Assembly (NCBI GenBank): GCA_965285935.1
Contig: OZ260667.1
Coordinates: forward strand, 34,720,001-34,784,000
DNA: 64,000 bases
From: Ophelia neglecta
Taxonomy: Eukaryota
Direction of reading: 5' to 3'
Position 1 is the first letter of the stretch. The number at the start of each line of letters is the position of its first letter. Positions 32,201 through 46,018 of the stretch are shown piece by piece. The position numbers and the translations under genes were made by a program. The notes under the pieces are model-generated. The model had not been told where the DNA came from, ran no database searches, and saw nothing but the letters and a program-made list of their open reading frames with translations.

Positions 32201-34292
32201 AATGCACACACGTTCAAAAACAAAGACGCCTCGGTCCCCGGACATGTTTTTTTTTATTCCGAATACCCTAGACCCCCCCCCACCCCCCACCCTACGAAAA
32301 ACGGCTGCCGAAAACCCCCATCCTCCCGGGCTCGAGGATAAAATCCGGAAAAGCCCAAAAATGCATTTAATTGAGTTACCAATCATTCAAGACCAGGCCT
32401 TTCATGGAAATACATAGTAGTCTTTCCATAATTTGCACATTTTCGGGAATAAATGCATCAACGGTTTATTGATAAATTTACTTTATCTAAGAAACGTCCC
32501 GAAGCAATGGTTGTGATATTGTACTAATATTTGATAGTTTCCACATGATTTATGGAAAACGTATAAAATCAATCTCTTAATTCAATATAAATGACTGTTT
32601 CCACGTTTCAGCTCCGCCTGGCGCCCCGCGAGGTAAAGTTTCTCTCGGAGCAGGATTACCCGGAGGGATTGTCCAAAAGGTCCGGCTTCATATCAATAAA
32701 ATCCATGAATTTATTGTCAACCATTTTTATTAATTTGAAACAAACGCAATAACAGTAAAAACAAAGCGTCGAAATTATGATGATAATTGAGATTAAGACA
32801 CAGATGTTTTCAATTCTAATACAGGGAGTGAAATCGTTGAAGGATTGTCTGAAGAAGTGTTCTACTGCGGGTTCTGGGATCGCTGCCTCACCTGCAGCGC
32901 TTCTCACCACCTTCAGGGTGCGTTTGGCAAATAATTTCATCATAGTTATAGTATGTTCGTCATTGCACAGAATTGCATACCATTCTTCCATTTAATGCTT
33001 TGCAGGGAGGGCAGGTCTGTTTTGGTATCGACTTTGATTTTGCGGCCCATATATGTTACTTCCACACAAATTTATTCGCCCTGCCAGGAGAGCTGGCCCC
33101 ACTGTGTCCAACTGCTGCAGGGACCGCCCTGACCACCCCACTCCACCTACGACCAGACAGCTCCGTGGTCAACATAATTCTATGTAAGTACAGGCACCAC
33201 CAAGGACCCGGAAGAACAGTGCCAATATAATTGATTCTATCTACTTATAACCACCACAATATGATAGGTTAGTAGTTGGTTACATTTATACCCTAATAGT
33301 AACGCGATTATCATCATTTTATTATTAATTCGTAAACTGATAGTTATTGGCTACAATTATGGGACAGGACTTTCATAATTGTCTTACTTGGACCTCATTT
33401 AATTTCGTATTTCGCAAATAATTTCGTATTCAAAGGTTCCACAAATTACCTTATGTCTCATAACAACTATTTTACTGCCATTGATTTGTTTTGACTATTG
33501 ATTATTGTACAATATATATCCATTCTTCTTTTTAACTTGTATAAATGCACCTAACACCCGAAAATCATTCATGATCAATGTACTTGTTGCCCCTCGATTG
33601 GCATTCATACTAAACTAAAACATTCACATGAACTAGGCATTCACCCTCAATTTGCCATGGTTTATCCCGTCCCTAAGGTGAGCACTGAATACTTTTAGTG
33701 TTCACGGAATGTTTTTATCCTGCTTTGATAAACTTCAAGTCACTTTTCTGCATATTATGATTATACTCCATATATTTGTGGCAAATAATATTTGTTATTA
33801 ATTTACTATTTGTTATTTTTCACTTAGGCCTATTATGTAAATTTCTATTTATTCATTTTTACGTATGCAACACAGTCTTGTTTGAATTGTTTCCTTGCAT
33901 CTTCCTTGTTCATATTTTTTTGTTGCCTAAAACTGATACTATGTACATTTGCACTAAAACACATTCCATAAGTTTTATTTACCTAGTTCTGTTGTTGGTT
34001 GAAAAAAATACATTATTGTGTTCCGATCCATACCCTAAAGTCATTGTTTCTTTTGTCTTTTGTTGTTGTCTTGTCCTGTTTGCTTGCAACATTTAAGTGC
34101 CATATCCATTGTATGCAACAATAATCATCATAATACTTCTTATTATTGTAGCTGCAGGTGTTTATTATCATGCTTAATTTGTAATTGATATATCACATTT
34201 TATACATCATATTTCCAATACTCATTTAATTACGAAGTTTTCTTCGTCTTGTGGCTTACATTTTCTTTACTTTGTCGTCAGGTCCAGCGTAG
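29231..34292 (+). CDS. Secreted Pro/Gln/Tyr-rich protein with two C-terminal PAN/apple-like Cys domains (about 508 aa)
   Basis: Exons: 29231-29291 (signal peptide MMISWVLPLVNVLAIIPLLQ), 29914-30798, 31087-31317, 32612-32679, 32825-32917, 33006-33183, 34282-34292 (1527 nt, phases consistent). Cys patterns: CMRAC..PACFAGDYN..CFFH..C..C and CLKKC..VCFGIDFD..CYFH..C..C. Confidence 0.8.
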
Positions 34293-37200
34293 AGGAATGC
34301 GTATGTGGCTATTGTGAACAGATCGAGATTATGAAGAAAACCACACAAGCTCACCAGTGTTAATGGAAAGGAAAGTGTGATCAAAAAACAGGCGAAGAAA
34401 TAAAACCTTTAACGATTATTCGCTTTACATAGGAAAACCATTACATCCGTACGCTGATTTGTTATTTTTAATGCATATGTACCTGTTTACCTTTTTTTTC
34501 TAACAAAGGGTAAAAAGTTAAAGAGTAAATTTTTAATGCAATTTTGGTATAAATTTAATAATGGCTTACCAAGCAACAATGACATATTTGGTAATGATGT
34601 AACCTAGATATATGGTTGAAGAAGTACCACAGTATCTTGTTTATTACGGACTTAGCATTAAGTCCACATTTTATGTATTATTATTTCGCTTGAGAAAGGA
34701 AGCTTTCCGGTGTTGGGGGGGATAGTATTTCCAGTAAGACCTGTAACCATGGGTTTCCATCTAATATCTCTACACAGATTGTATCCACATTATTTTCAAA
34801 TAACGGTTTTTTCAAGCCCAAATATGGCCATAAAAAGAACACGTGTTTCTCTAAAATTTGAATTGCTTGTTGCTTGACATTTCAGGTGATTTAACATGCA
34901 ACCAATAAAGAGTTCGCCTTAAAATAGTATGTGTCCAGACTTCCTTAAATTTTGTGTGCCGAGTCGACTGTCCAACAGACATGTGTACTCTCTCTTTCAA
35001 TAAGACGGGGGGGGGGGGGGGGGGGGCGTTTTCTTAACATCTTGTTAGCAGTTTGTATATATTTTGTTTAACCAGAATTTTCATAAAGAATGTCGCACCA
35101 TTTTGTCCATGCAGGTTATGTTGCAGATAATGTCATTGGTCATTAATATATCAGCATAGATCACAAATATGTACGTTATATATTATTCTTTAAAATAAGC
35201 TATATGATCAGCATTAAATGTTCAGCGCAATGAAGAGTAACGAAAATATATCTGGTCTTTGAGGGGTATATTTGTTGTCATAGTCTTCGTTCTGTGAAGA
35301 AAGTTCCTTTGCTATTTATGACCATCTCATTTTATAATAAAACCAAAAGAAAGGAGGTTGGATATGCTGAGAGTCCGCTTTCAACAGAAATTAAGAGTTA
35401 CTCTATAAATCGGTCATTTTCCATTACTGACAGTTTATCCGTAGTGTTACAATTTTCTTTATAATATAGGCATAATATGCCTAAATATGGCAGTTCGATT
35501 GAAAGAAGTTCAAAACGGAATTGTCAGAAATAATGTTAATATACCATCTGCAGATTAAACAAATATCACGCAAAAGTGTCCCATTAAAAAGGAAGCTTTT
35601 TCAGATAAACTGATAAACCAATCTTGAACTACTTTTTCTTGCTCTAGTTTCACAGGGAGAAATTGTAATACTTTTTATGAAATCGTTGAGAAGTCCCCTT
35701 AACAACCACTTTGTATTTTAAAGCAAGTCCTGGCTTTTATATGGTGAGAACTTAACCATTGTTTCGAATTCGATCAAAGATTTCGGAATATTTTTATGTT
35801 CTTCTTTCGTCGTCAGTTGGTTTTGTCCTTTTTCAAACGAGAGACCCGGCTTTATGTGTATTTTGTTCATTCCTTAGCAGACGTTTTGTATTTCATAACA
35901 TTTTAACAATTTAGACTACTTGAGGTAAAGTAGTATTCTTACTATTTATTGAATAAACCGTCCTGAGACTATTTGAAAAATTCCTGCTGATTAACTTATC
36001 AGTTAAATGTACAGCCATGAATGCCCTCACCCTGTGAAAACGCTAAAGGGTGTAAGCTGTAGGCCTATATAATGTATTGGTCCAAAAGAAACAAAATCAT
36101 TTAAGCAAACGTATCATTCAATCCGAGGCATAATTTGGCAATCGGTCAAAGGTGTTACTTCCGGCAGATCACCCTCTATTTTGCCAATTTCCGCTAATAT
36201 TTTGCCCTTCCGAAAGGTATACAAAGTTTCATTACAGTGTTTTTTCAGGTTGTTATTGTTTCTACTTTTTATCTTACAAAATATGTTTAACATTTACTAA
36301 TTTTATATGTTATTTAAAACCACTTTAAAAGAGACGAACTGGTGCATGATATATATATAAACTTTTTATAAGCCATTATTTTTTGCCATAACTCAGTACG
36401 TAGATACAGCTATTGTTAAGTTTTATTCGTTGAAATAATCATGTTTTGCACGGGTTTCTCAAGGTTTAAGTGCGGAAAAGTTGTCGAAAAGAAAAGGTAA
36501 GAAATGTCACCTGCTGTGGTGTTTTTTCCCTTTTGCAGCCAAACAATGATTTAAATTGTCTTAATTTAAACTTATTACTTTTGTTTATCATGCAATAATC
36601 TAATTTGAATTTGAAAAAATGCGTGTTATATGCCTGCGCATTTGTATAGACCTAGGTTATCCGTTTTTTCTATCCACAGCTACACCGCACGTACAAGCGG
36701 AGAGTGCGTAGCCGTGTACTCCCCTACGAAGCTACTGTTTTTCTTTTGTTACCAATTTATTCAAAAGGAAATTGTTTTCTTAGTAATCCCAGATCAGTGC
36801 CTATAACCAAATAAACAAGCATTAGAGTTTTTTCTGTTGAAGAGATTATTCTGACCATCACATGTTATTTTATCAAACACCCGTCCAGACATGAATCAGC
36901 TTTAGTGTGCCAATATGGCGGACAGCGTGCACATTTTTGCGCCGCATCATGCATATATGCGCGCTTCAGAGTAATAAAAAACATTTCCCACGGATTCTGT
37001 GTCTGGAGGGCACTAATTATGTACTTAGCTGTCATAAAAAAAACAATATGGCGAATGTTTTAATTCTAGCTGAATTTTAATTCTAGCTGATTTTAACATC
37101 TAAGTTACCAAACACTCTGTACATGTATATACCGGTCTTGTGCAATTAGCAAGTCATGCATAGATATGGGCGTTGTCTCTAGGTAGACAGCGCATCTAGT

Positions 37201-37973
37201 TCGCTCTATAGGCCTGCTCTCAAGGCTAGGTTGATTTTCATAATTCATCGAGATTTTACAACAAGTGGATCATATTCGCAGGTAATAATTTTACATCAGC
37301 TTCCCTCGTGTTAATTGTACTCTTATTTGATTTACTTTGACGCCTTACTTATACTAATATATGATATACCCTATCAGATTAATGATTGATTGATGGTTTA
37401 TTAAAAAGTCAATTCTGACTTACGTCATATAAAGTTACAATAATAAAGTAATATATATACATATGTACAATACTATGAAGTATATAAAAATTTGTACAGT
37501 CTATATACACACTTGTATAAATAAAGACTACTATTATAAAAACCAGTATAACACCATACAGAATAAAAATTATACAGCTATAAAATATCACACAGATTTA
37601 GCCTGATATTGCACATAAATAAAGATATTGCACCGTACACAGCTAAAATTATACACACTATGATATGAAATATGAACAGGATGTGATATTGCACATATAA
37701 TAAATAGGTCAGTTACATTTGGGACATTAATTGGTCTTCACTTTCTTTAAATATGCAATCAATATACTTTGCAGTCCAGTTTATGATAGTAGAGTCTTTT
37801 GACGATAACATATACACAAAGAGTTCAAATAAGGGCATATCAACAGTCTCCGGAGAAAAATTAAACACTTTTTCAAGGAACAAATCTCTTTGTTTCTCGT
37901 ATATGCGACAGACTAAAACGACATGAAACTCGTCCTCGATGTTATCAGGACAAAAGGGGCATTTTCTGTTGTT

Positions 37974-39090
37974 ATCTTTGCCCCCCTATGGGGGCAAAGA
38001 TTATGTTTTTTGTCATGTGCGTCTGTGTGTCCGTCTGTCTGTCTGTCTGTCTGTGCATCTGTCTGCAAGATATCTCAAGAATCACTTGGCCGATTTCGAT
38101 GAAATTTGGTGAGAACCTAGAATAGGACAATGGCACAAGGCCATTAACTTTTGGTTGACTTACTTCCAAAATTAAGGTCACACCGTGACCTTGAAAATTT
38201 CAAATGGCTATATCTCAGCTGTTTACGGACCGATTTCCGCAAAATTTGGCACGAATGTAGCCAGTCAGAAAATCTTTTGACCAAAATTATCTTATTGACC
38301 TACTTTTAAAATCAAGGTCAAACCGTGACATTGAAAATTTTAAATGGCAATATCTCAGCTGTTTACTGACCGATTTCCACAAAATTTGGCACGGATGTAG
38401 CCAGTTAGAAAGTCTTCTGACTAAAGTTATCTTATTGACCTATTTTTAAAATCAAGGTCAAACTGTGACATTGAAAATTTCAAATGGCTATATCTCAGCT
38501 GTTTACTGACCGATTTCCGCTACATTTGGCACGAATGTAGCCAGTTAGAAAGTCTTCTGATCAAAATTATCTCATTGACCTACTTTTAAAATCAAGGTCA
38601 AACCGTGACATTGAAAATTTTAAATGGCTATATCTCAGCTGTTTACTGACCGATTTCCGCAAAATTTGGCACAAATGTAGCCAGTTAGAAAGTCTTTTGA
38701 CCAAAATTATCTAATTGACCTCCTTTCAATATCAAGGTCACACCGTGACCTTGAAAATTTTAAGCCATTTATTGAACGATTTTTATAAAATTTGAATGTA
38801 GCCAGTTAGAAGGTCTTGGGGCTATTCTTATCTTGTTGATTACTTTGAAAATCAAGGTCACGCCATGACCTTGATTTTCATGTTCAAATTGCTTTATCTC
38901 AGCTGTTTATTGACCGATTTTTGTTAAATTTTGCATGCATGTAGCCAGTTAGAAGCTCTTGATCGAAATACTTTAGTCATCTAGATTATTTGCTTATTTT
39001 TGCTGATCTATATTTTGCAGAACTTTTTATAACGATTGAGAAACTATCAAAGGGCAAAGATATTGTAGCCGATAGGATACACCTTTAATT
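37974..39090 (+). mobile_element. HINE/DINE-1-like element with an internal 140-bp tandem array
   Basis: TT|ATCTTTGCCCCC-TAT-GGGGGCAAAGAT hairpin, (GTCT)n microsatellite, 3' subTIR GGGCAAAGAT, imperfect hairpin, terminal TT. Excision restores the host peptide KTPV-NNRKC. Confidence 0.85.
38155..38960 (+). repeat. 140-bp tandem repeat, about 4.5 conserved plus 1-2 degenerate units
   Basis: ATGTAGCCAG recurs at exact 140-bp spacing (about 38255, 38395, 38535, 38675). Confidence 0.92.
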
Positions 39091-39707
39091 AACTGGAGTT
39101 TTTGGCCTCGTATAGCGCCCAACCTCGATTTGTAACAAATGGCTACTCAGCCTTAATTTGGTCAGGGCTAGCCGATGGTTACTATTAACATGAACAAGAT
39201 AATTTTCTAACTCAAACTCCTTCTTAAACGTACAATAGCTTCGAAGTTTAGGGTTTGCATCTACATTCGATATGGACGTTTTCCATGAGTCTTTGTACAT
39301 ACATTGACATTTTTCTTTAAAAATTTTAACATATGAGGCAATATTTGCATTATTCGGAGACAAAGGCAAGTTATCAATATTGTGTGAATTAACAACTTCA
39401 ATGGCTTTAGTTATCCAAGTTTTGTAACCACATGATTCCAAGTTAAGTAAACAGTTATACACCTTTCTTACGATTCTCTCTTGAGGCAAGCTTTCTAATC
39501 TTAGGATGTATCTATATATATGGGAGTGTATATCAATCGACAGAGGAAATGTGCCACATTCACCGTAGACAGCCAAATTAGGTGTAGAGAGTTTAACACA
39601 GAGTTCATGTTTCATATACTTTAAATGCAGTTTCTCTACATTTGCTACGGATGATTTATGGACGCCCCATATTGCACTACCATAGGTTAAGATTGGTCGG
39701 ATACATG

Positions 39708-40954
39708 CAGGGATTCAGATAGGCGTCGGCCATCGGCAATTTGCCGATTTTTTTTTTAAATGGCCGAAATTAATTTGGAGTTTCAGACAAATGTCCGAAT
39801 GAAAAACTAGCCAACGGCCCAGTGCTTTGTTCGTTGATTATTCAATTTTCACCAGCAAATATATTTATCTGCGTGCTTGGTACGCAGATCTACCTACCGC
39901 ATCCGCATCACGATGTAAATAGATACAATTGGGTCAAGATCCGGCCTACTTATGGTTTCAGCCAATCAGATGCATGGCGTGCAAACTGAGATAAATATAC
40001 ACTGTCCGGGGCACTTCCTGTGTAAGTCGTGACTGTTTTACGCATATTTCTGAGAGATACTTTATATAGAAGTGAAGCAATGTCTACATACTATGATAAA
40101 ACATGCTTCAAAATCAAGAATTTGTTTTAAAATTATGATCGCACTTGAAATCGGTCAAAGAAAACCCATTGTGTGAAAATTCCTAATTATCGCCCACTGT
40201 CAATTTCGGGTATATTCGATTGGTTATTACTGCAAAAAAGTCGAGGGGTTACAGTGTTTCCATCGGCGGCACCGTGCCTGAGTACTTCTTAGGGGGTGGT
40301 AATTAACTATGGAGTGGGGGGTGGGGAGGGGTCAAAGAATTGGAACACCATCAGTGATGGGGGGGGGGGGGCGGGTCACAAAAATGTGACACCCTCCTAT
40401 GGGGAGGGGGGGGGGGGGGGGGTCATAAAACCAAATCACCCATGAAAATAATAATTATAATTTTTTCTTCGTAAACCTTCCATGCAACACCCATACATTT
40501 TTTAATACCACATTTGAGGGTGCTCAAAAAAATTCGGGTTTACGGGGCAATTTGAATTTAACCCAGTAAATTGGATGGGGGGGGGGGTCAAAGAATCAGC
40601 AGGGCCTCTGATATGGGGGGGGGGTCACAGAATTGGTGTGGTTTCTGACAGGGGGGGGGGGGGGGTCATAAAATTTAAAATCATAAAACGGCCATTTCCA
40701 CCCACTCCACACCTTTTTTAAATGGAAGAGCCCTAAACTTTTAAGAGTATGAAGTGACCTTTTTTGTACATTAAAATGCACCAGAGAGAGCCAACAGGAT
40801 GCCTTAATCTGAAAAAGTTCCCTCCCGTACCCCCCCCCCCCCCCCCCGCGCTCTGCCCATGCCTTGGTGGCCATAGGCCACCAACATTTGTCCTAAACAT
40901 TTTTGTCCTTTGGGACAAATGTCCTAAAGCTAATTCAGGCTAGCAATATCACTG
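39708..40954. mobile_element. Non-autonomous DNA transposon with CAG...CTG ends and a 6-bp TSD (TACATG)
   Basis: TACATG at 39702-39707 and 40955-40960. Termini CAGGGAT and CAGTGAT (reverse complement). Removal restores the host peptide VFDTC-IRPILTYG. Confidence 0.8.
40292..40733. mobile_element. G-rich MITE-like insert nested in the CAG element
   Basis: Flanked by TA on both sides, with GGG/CCC termini and repeated poly-G-GTCA motifs. Confidence 0.4.
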
Positions 40955-43730
40955 TACATGTATCAAAAACCGAAAGTGAAATATCCATTGGCAGTCGACC
41001 TAGTGGCTTGACATGCTGGCCTAATGAAAATATACCATTCATAGCCTTTTCGCAGAGGTATGAACTGTTTGCCTTGAAAATATCACCACTCAAGGATTTT
41101 ATTTCACTAATGATTGATCCCAGATATTTATATTTGCCTATGCGCTGGATAGGCAAATTACCGAATAGTAAAGTCCCTATTTGAGCGCGAGTATTTCCAA
41201 AGACTATATAATTTGTCTTAGTTGAGTTTACAATAAGCATATTGCGGGAGCAAAATTTATAAAGGCCATTTACTTGCGTCTGTAATCCGTTAAACGTATC
41301 GGACATCAGAATAAGATCATCCGCCCAAAGGAGATGAAGTAAAATGATATCTTCATCTAGAACGATGCCGTTTTCGACATTGAGGTAATCCCTAAGGTCA
41401 CTCAGGTAGCTGCGGAACAAGTCCGTGCTGATATCCCCCCCCCCCCTGATTCACCCCATCAGATTGTCAACAAGATCGCTTAAGCCCTCACTACACTTAA
41501 CCCTAATTTAGTTTTGCTATACAAATCGCGCAACGTGTCGATTACGCGGCCGTGTACGCCAGACTTCATGAGTTTATAGAACATAATGTGTCGGTTGACC
41601 AAGTCAAACGCTTTGGAAAAGTCTAATTGAATATGTCAGAAGATTTACCAGATTTTGGGATTGGCACCCGAACGCCCTCACAAAGGCAATCCGGAAAGCA
41701 CTTTTCTTCGATAATATAATCAAAAAGGAGCTTAAGTTCTGGTATGAGAATTAGTTTGCTGTATTTTATCAGCTCTGCCGGTATGGCATCATGGCCAGCG
41801 GCCTTTTTACATTTTAAGTGGTCAATGCCCTGGGCAATTTCCTCTTCTGTAAAACAAGCATTTAGGATTTCGAGCTCATGTGGATTACTAGGCCTATATA
41901 AACTTGCAAGTGTTCCGTTATCATAACTGTCTAGGAACGATATGGCTTCGTGTTCATAATCTTTATCAAAGTAAGTCGAGTCTACCGGGACTGCGAGTTT
42001 TTTGAAATGATCAAATAGAAGTTGCCCTTCTGGGGTTGGCACCGAAGTTTTGTAACCGAATGACTTCAGCTTTCGCATCAGTGTTTGTCTGTCACATTTA
42101 TATAAATTCGATAGTTCTCGGTGGCTTTTGGCCGCGTACTGTCGTTTTTTGAGTTGTTTTACACGGCGATATTCTCCGTGTTGGTAATAACAGATACTGT
42201 ATCGAGAGAATTAGATGAACATGCCTTGGCCCTTAGGCAACGTAGTTCTTTGTCGAACCATGGGGCGGAAGAGGGATTATAATTATTACTCGTTGCGCTC
42301 TTTAAGGAAAGTACGGAGTCTGCCGCCTCCTTCAGCGCATTCATGAATGAACCTATTTCATAGCCTGGCGAATGTGAACCAGATTCTGCAATAGTTTGCT
42401 TGAAAAAGTGGTGACTATTTCGGGGTCAAAATCTTTAAGGTGATATTTAAAGTGAGGTTTCCAAACGGTCAAGTGCCTGGTACAATCTACATTATGAGAG
42501 TCATCAAGACCTATACCTATCCCAAATTCTAGTGCCCTATGATCCGATTCGGGAACTTTGGGGGCTATTTTAAATGAGCTAAGAATGTGATGGCCACTCC
42601 TGTTTACTAAAAGGTAATCAATGAGACTGAAGCCCGTAGTGTCTATCCTTGTGTGTTCACCAATATCATTGTAGAGACGGCCATTACACATATGTACTTC
42701 ACACGCTTTACAAAGGTCAATTAATAGGCGTCCATGATTATTTACAATTTTATCATTGCTACAACGTGGTGAGAGTATAAAAGGTTCATCAACATTATAA
42801 TTCAGGTGGATATCCCCATCGGAGCCAACAGTTATATCGAGAGTATCACTAAGAGTAGCAGTGCGAGCATTAAAATCATTAAAATCCCCAGCAGTGCGAG
42901 CATTAAAATCCCCACATCAAAAAGGTAGAGTCTGAAAGATATATTACGATATTTAATGACGACAACCACTAAGACTAGGCATGGCTGAATTTTGTTTTAC
43001 GACTTCGATGTTCACTCATTGTATGTCTGCTACAGCATGACTGCCAATGCACGCTCACGTTTGATTATAAAGGCCCTAATATATTTTATACGGTTGCCCT
43101 TAAATAAGAAAAAATAAGAAATAAGGCAATATAGACTTTAACCAAACTTACATGACTCAGATATGGCTAGAAATAGGCACTGTATTTTACCAACATGCTG
43201 CATATAGTGTACTTTCACTTGGCAATTCAAATAATAAATAAGTTTTTTCCATAACTGATCTTTTTATGTCTTTATACCTTAAGGAAGTAAAGTATCTCAT
43301 ATACTGTTTGAAACTTCGTTACAATTTAATTATATTCGGAGGACTTTTTTATTTATAAGTTTTATATTCCATGACATTACTGAACAAAAATACCTCATAT
43401 TGTGGCTGAAATAGGGGCCTATTAGTCATTAACTAATTCATATGGCGGTCAATTTGGATTTATGTAAATTAAGGGCATCATCTTAAGTTATCACTTGGCC
43501 ACAAGGGGTGAATTCTAACTCAGTATCATATACATCACTCTAATTGGGCCGAAATCTCCAGCCATTGCCAACTTAAAATAAGGACATACCGGCATCAAAT
43601 ACGTTTTGTAATGCACCAATTGTTCCATCGTGAGTACCCATTCAAGCGAGCAATATGATGGGAAGTTAATCATTAGAAGTACACACCCAAACACACCACA
43701 CCCACGTATTTATACATGTAGGCCTATATA

Positions 43731-43860
43731 CAGTGAAACCTGTGAATTAAGACGACCAAAGGCACTGGAAAATACTGGTCTGATTTCGGGGGTGGTCTGT
43801 TTGGACAGGTTATTTAACATTGAAAGTATACAGCAACATCACCATGTTGGTGGTCTGAAT
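43731..43860 (+). mobile_element. Partial Tc1/pogo-like MITE
   Basis: TA|CAGTGAAACCTGTGAATTAAGACGACC, homologous to the copy at 18047. Confidence 0.5.
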
Positions 43861-46018
43861 GTACATGTTTTATTAAAGCCAGATCAAATTTATTTCCGCT
43901 ATTGACAATCGTTTAGTTTCCATATATTATTTGACATACGTGTACATGTATATGCCACTGATGCCTTTTCCGACATAAAATAACATGTTACCTTTTGGTA
44001 TGCAAACTATTACCTAAAAACAATCAAGTCTCCCGTAAAAATTGATCCCGGTGCCTTACTGTCTAGTTTCCCTGGCAATCATATACATATCCTTTCCAGA
44101 AAATTGTCAGGTTGGGACATAGTGAATTATCTTTTACTATCTTTTATTACAAATTCATTCCTGTTACTTGTCTTGCCTTCTGAAGAGATTTTGTTTTCAA
44201 TGTTGATACAGTCATGGATACCAGTTCAACCAAGGTATACACAAACATACCATCCATCAGAAGTTGCCAAAGTAACTGAGGTTTTTAACAGTTTCAGTCA
44301 TTTTATGAGGATGTTGATATTTTGGTGGTTTTATTTGCCAAAAATGTGGCGATAACAAAGTACCCAGTCTCGTTTAGAAGACTATTTATAGCGCTTTTGT
44401 ATTTGTGTTGTCAAATTCATTATTTTGTGTGTAAAAATTAACTGCAGTTCATGCATCCGAGCACAATTCGGATGTCCAATGTGATATTGAAAACGGCAAC
44501 GGGCAAGTCTGTTTTACCGTGTATATGCTTTTTCTGTGATCTTTTTGGAATGAAAGTAATAAAAATAAGTATAACACAGCAGGTTATTAAAATAAAAAGC
44601 GAAAACAGTTCACAATCATGCATTAACAACAGCAAAGCCTCATGTAAAGTTGATTGCTTGATTAGCATGAACCCGGTTAGCATTCCAGGAATCTTTCTCC
44701 ATGCGACTTGAAAAATGGGTAACATTGTAAGAGTTTAAGGTAGTGTATGATGCAGTACTAAGTCAATTTTCTTCGAAAAAATTGGCCAGATTCAAAAGTT
44801 GTGATAAATAAAGCAATGGCACACACTTAAAAGAAAAAGACTGTTTTGGAATTGATGGCTATACAAAGTCTTGCTAACGCACGTCTAATACTATTCCTCT
44901 ATCCAGAATATACGAACGGATGGAACGTGAACAGTTCATTATGTGTTCTACACATTGGGCACAATTTTGTAAGCCAATTTAGCAGTATATGACTATTACA
45001 ATGCAGATATGGTACACAGAACTGTTGAATTGAGAAGTAGGGCAGGCATAACATCTAACACTGCTATTCAGTCTGAACTATTTGTTCAGTAGAAATGAAA
45101 CGATAAAGCCAGTACAAGTTTTTCTTTTGGCATGTAGAATTCTCTGTTAGCGTTCAACAGACCCTAACAATCATTTCTATTGATGCAACTCATATATAGA
45201 AGTACTTACTTATACATCAAAATGAGATTTACAAGGCTAACGAGAGAAATATTAATCAAAACAAAACCACTTACATCTACAGAAACAGATTTATACTGAT
45301 TCTATATCTCAAAAATTCTAGGGGCTACTTTGTCAGGGTCCAATAAGAAGAGGTAACTTCTATTGTACCGTGCCGTTTTTTTAATGAATGTGACATCTTA
45401 AGTTGAGGGACATGATACCATTGCATAATCGTTTGAAGCTAGTTTTCACAATAACCAAACATAAATTTATTTTCCTGATTTCAGGGCCATTTTTTAAACA
45501 TAAAAGAAGCCTTCCAAAACAAGAAAACTAAATGTCGAATGATGAGCAGTTTAATAGATTACATGTACATATATATAAGCTGGTTATAGTAAATACTCTT
45601 GTCGCCAATTATTCGCTATAACGTTGCACATTTTGAAAAATGATGGCATATTAATTAAATTACATTTTCATCATTAATTTGTACTGTTGATTTCTATAAT
45701 TATGTAGAAATAAATTTTTCATTGTTATTCAACCTGCCATTATATTTAAATATTAAAATGTGGGACCAAAATCGCCCGCCAGAACGAACGCACAAACATT
45801 GTCACGTGATAACGTGATTCTAAGCGTACTAGTACATGCACTCATCATAGATATTGATTGCTGGTGAATTTTAGATGAGCCCTTCATTTAATCCTTGCAA
45901 TAATTATTACAAGTCTGTAGATTCCCTTTTTATTCTATTAATAATCTCTATGTAGAGGGTAGCACGGTAGTGTACAGACAACAAGGCATGAGAATACTGT
46001 CCAACTAAAAACTTATAA

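Larger units (their letters stand above)
37384..42916 (-). mobile_element. 5'-truncated, decayed RTE-X-like LINE carrying nested insertions
   Basis: Motifs GDFNAR (~42900), SLIDY and ESDH, KKAAGHDAI, DFSKAFD, LLWADD, RLSSHLLQIEVGRY, and after the HINE KCPFC..EDEFHVVLVC with a stop at 37713-37715. The 3' end has AATAAA plus an (ATCA)n tail at 37384-37402. Confidence 0.85.

Noticed and set aside
33776-34096. Hydrophobic 106-aa ORF (also 37409..37591)
   Set aside because: T-rich intron or LINE 3' UTR sequence giving spurious F/L/I/Y-rich translations.
38155-38960. Regular repeat arrays (also 55905-56060 and 62129-62360) as CRISPR arrays
   Set aside because: They are head-to-tail repeats with no unique spacers, there are no cas genes, and the context is eukaryotic.
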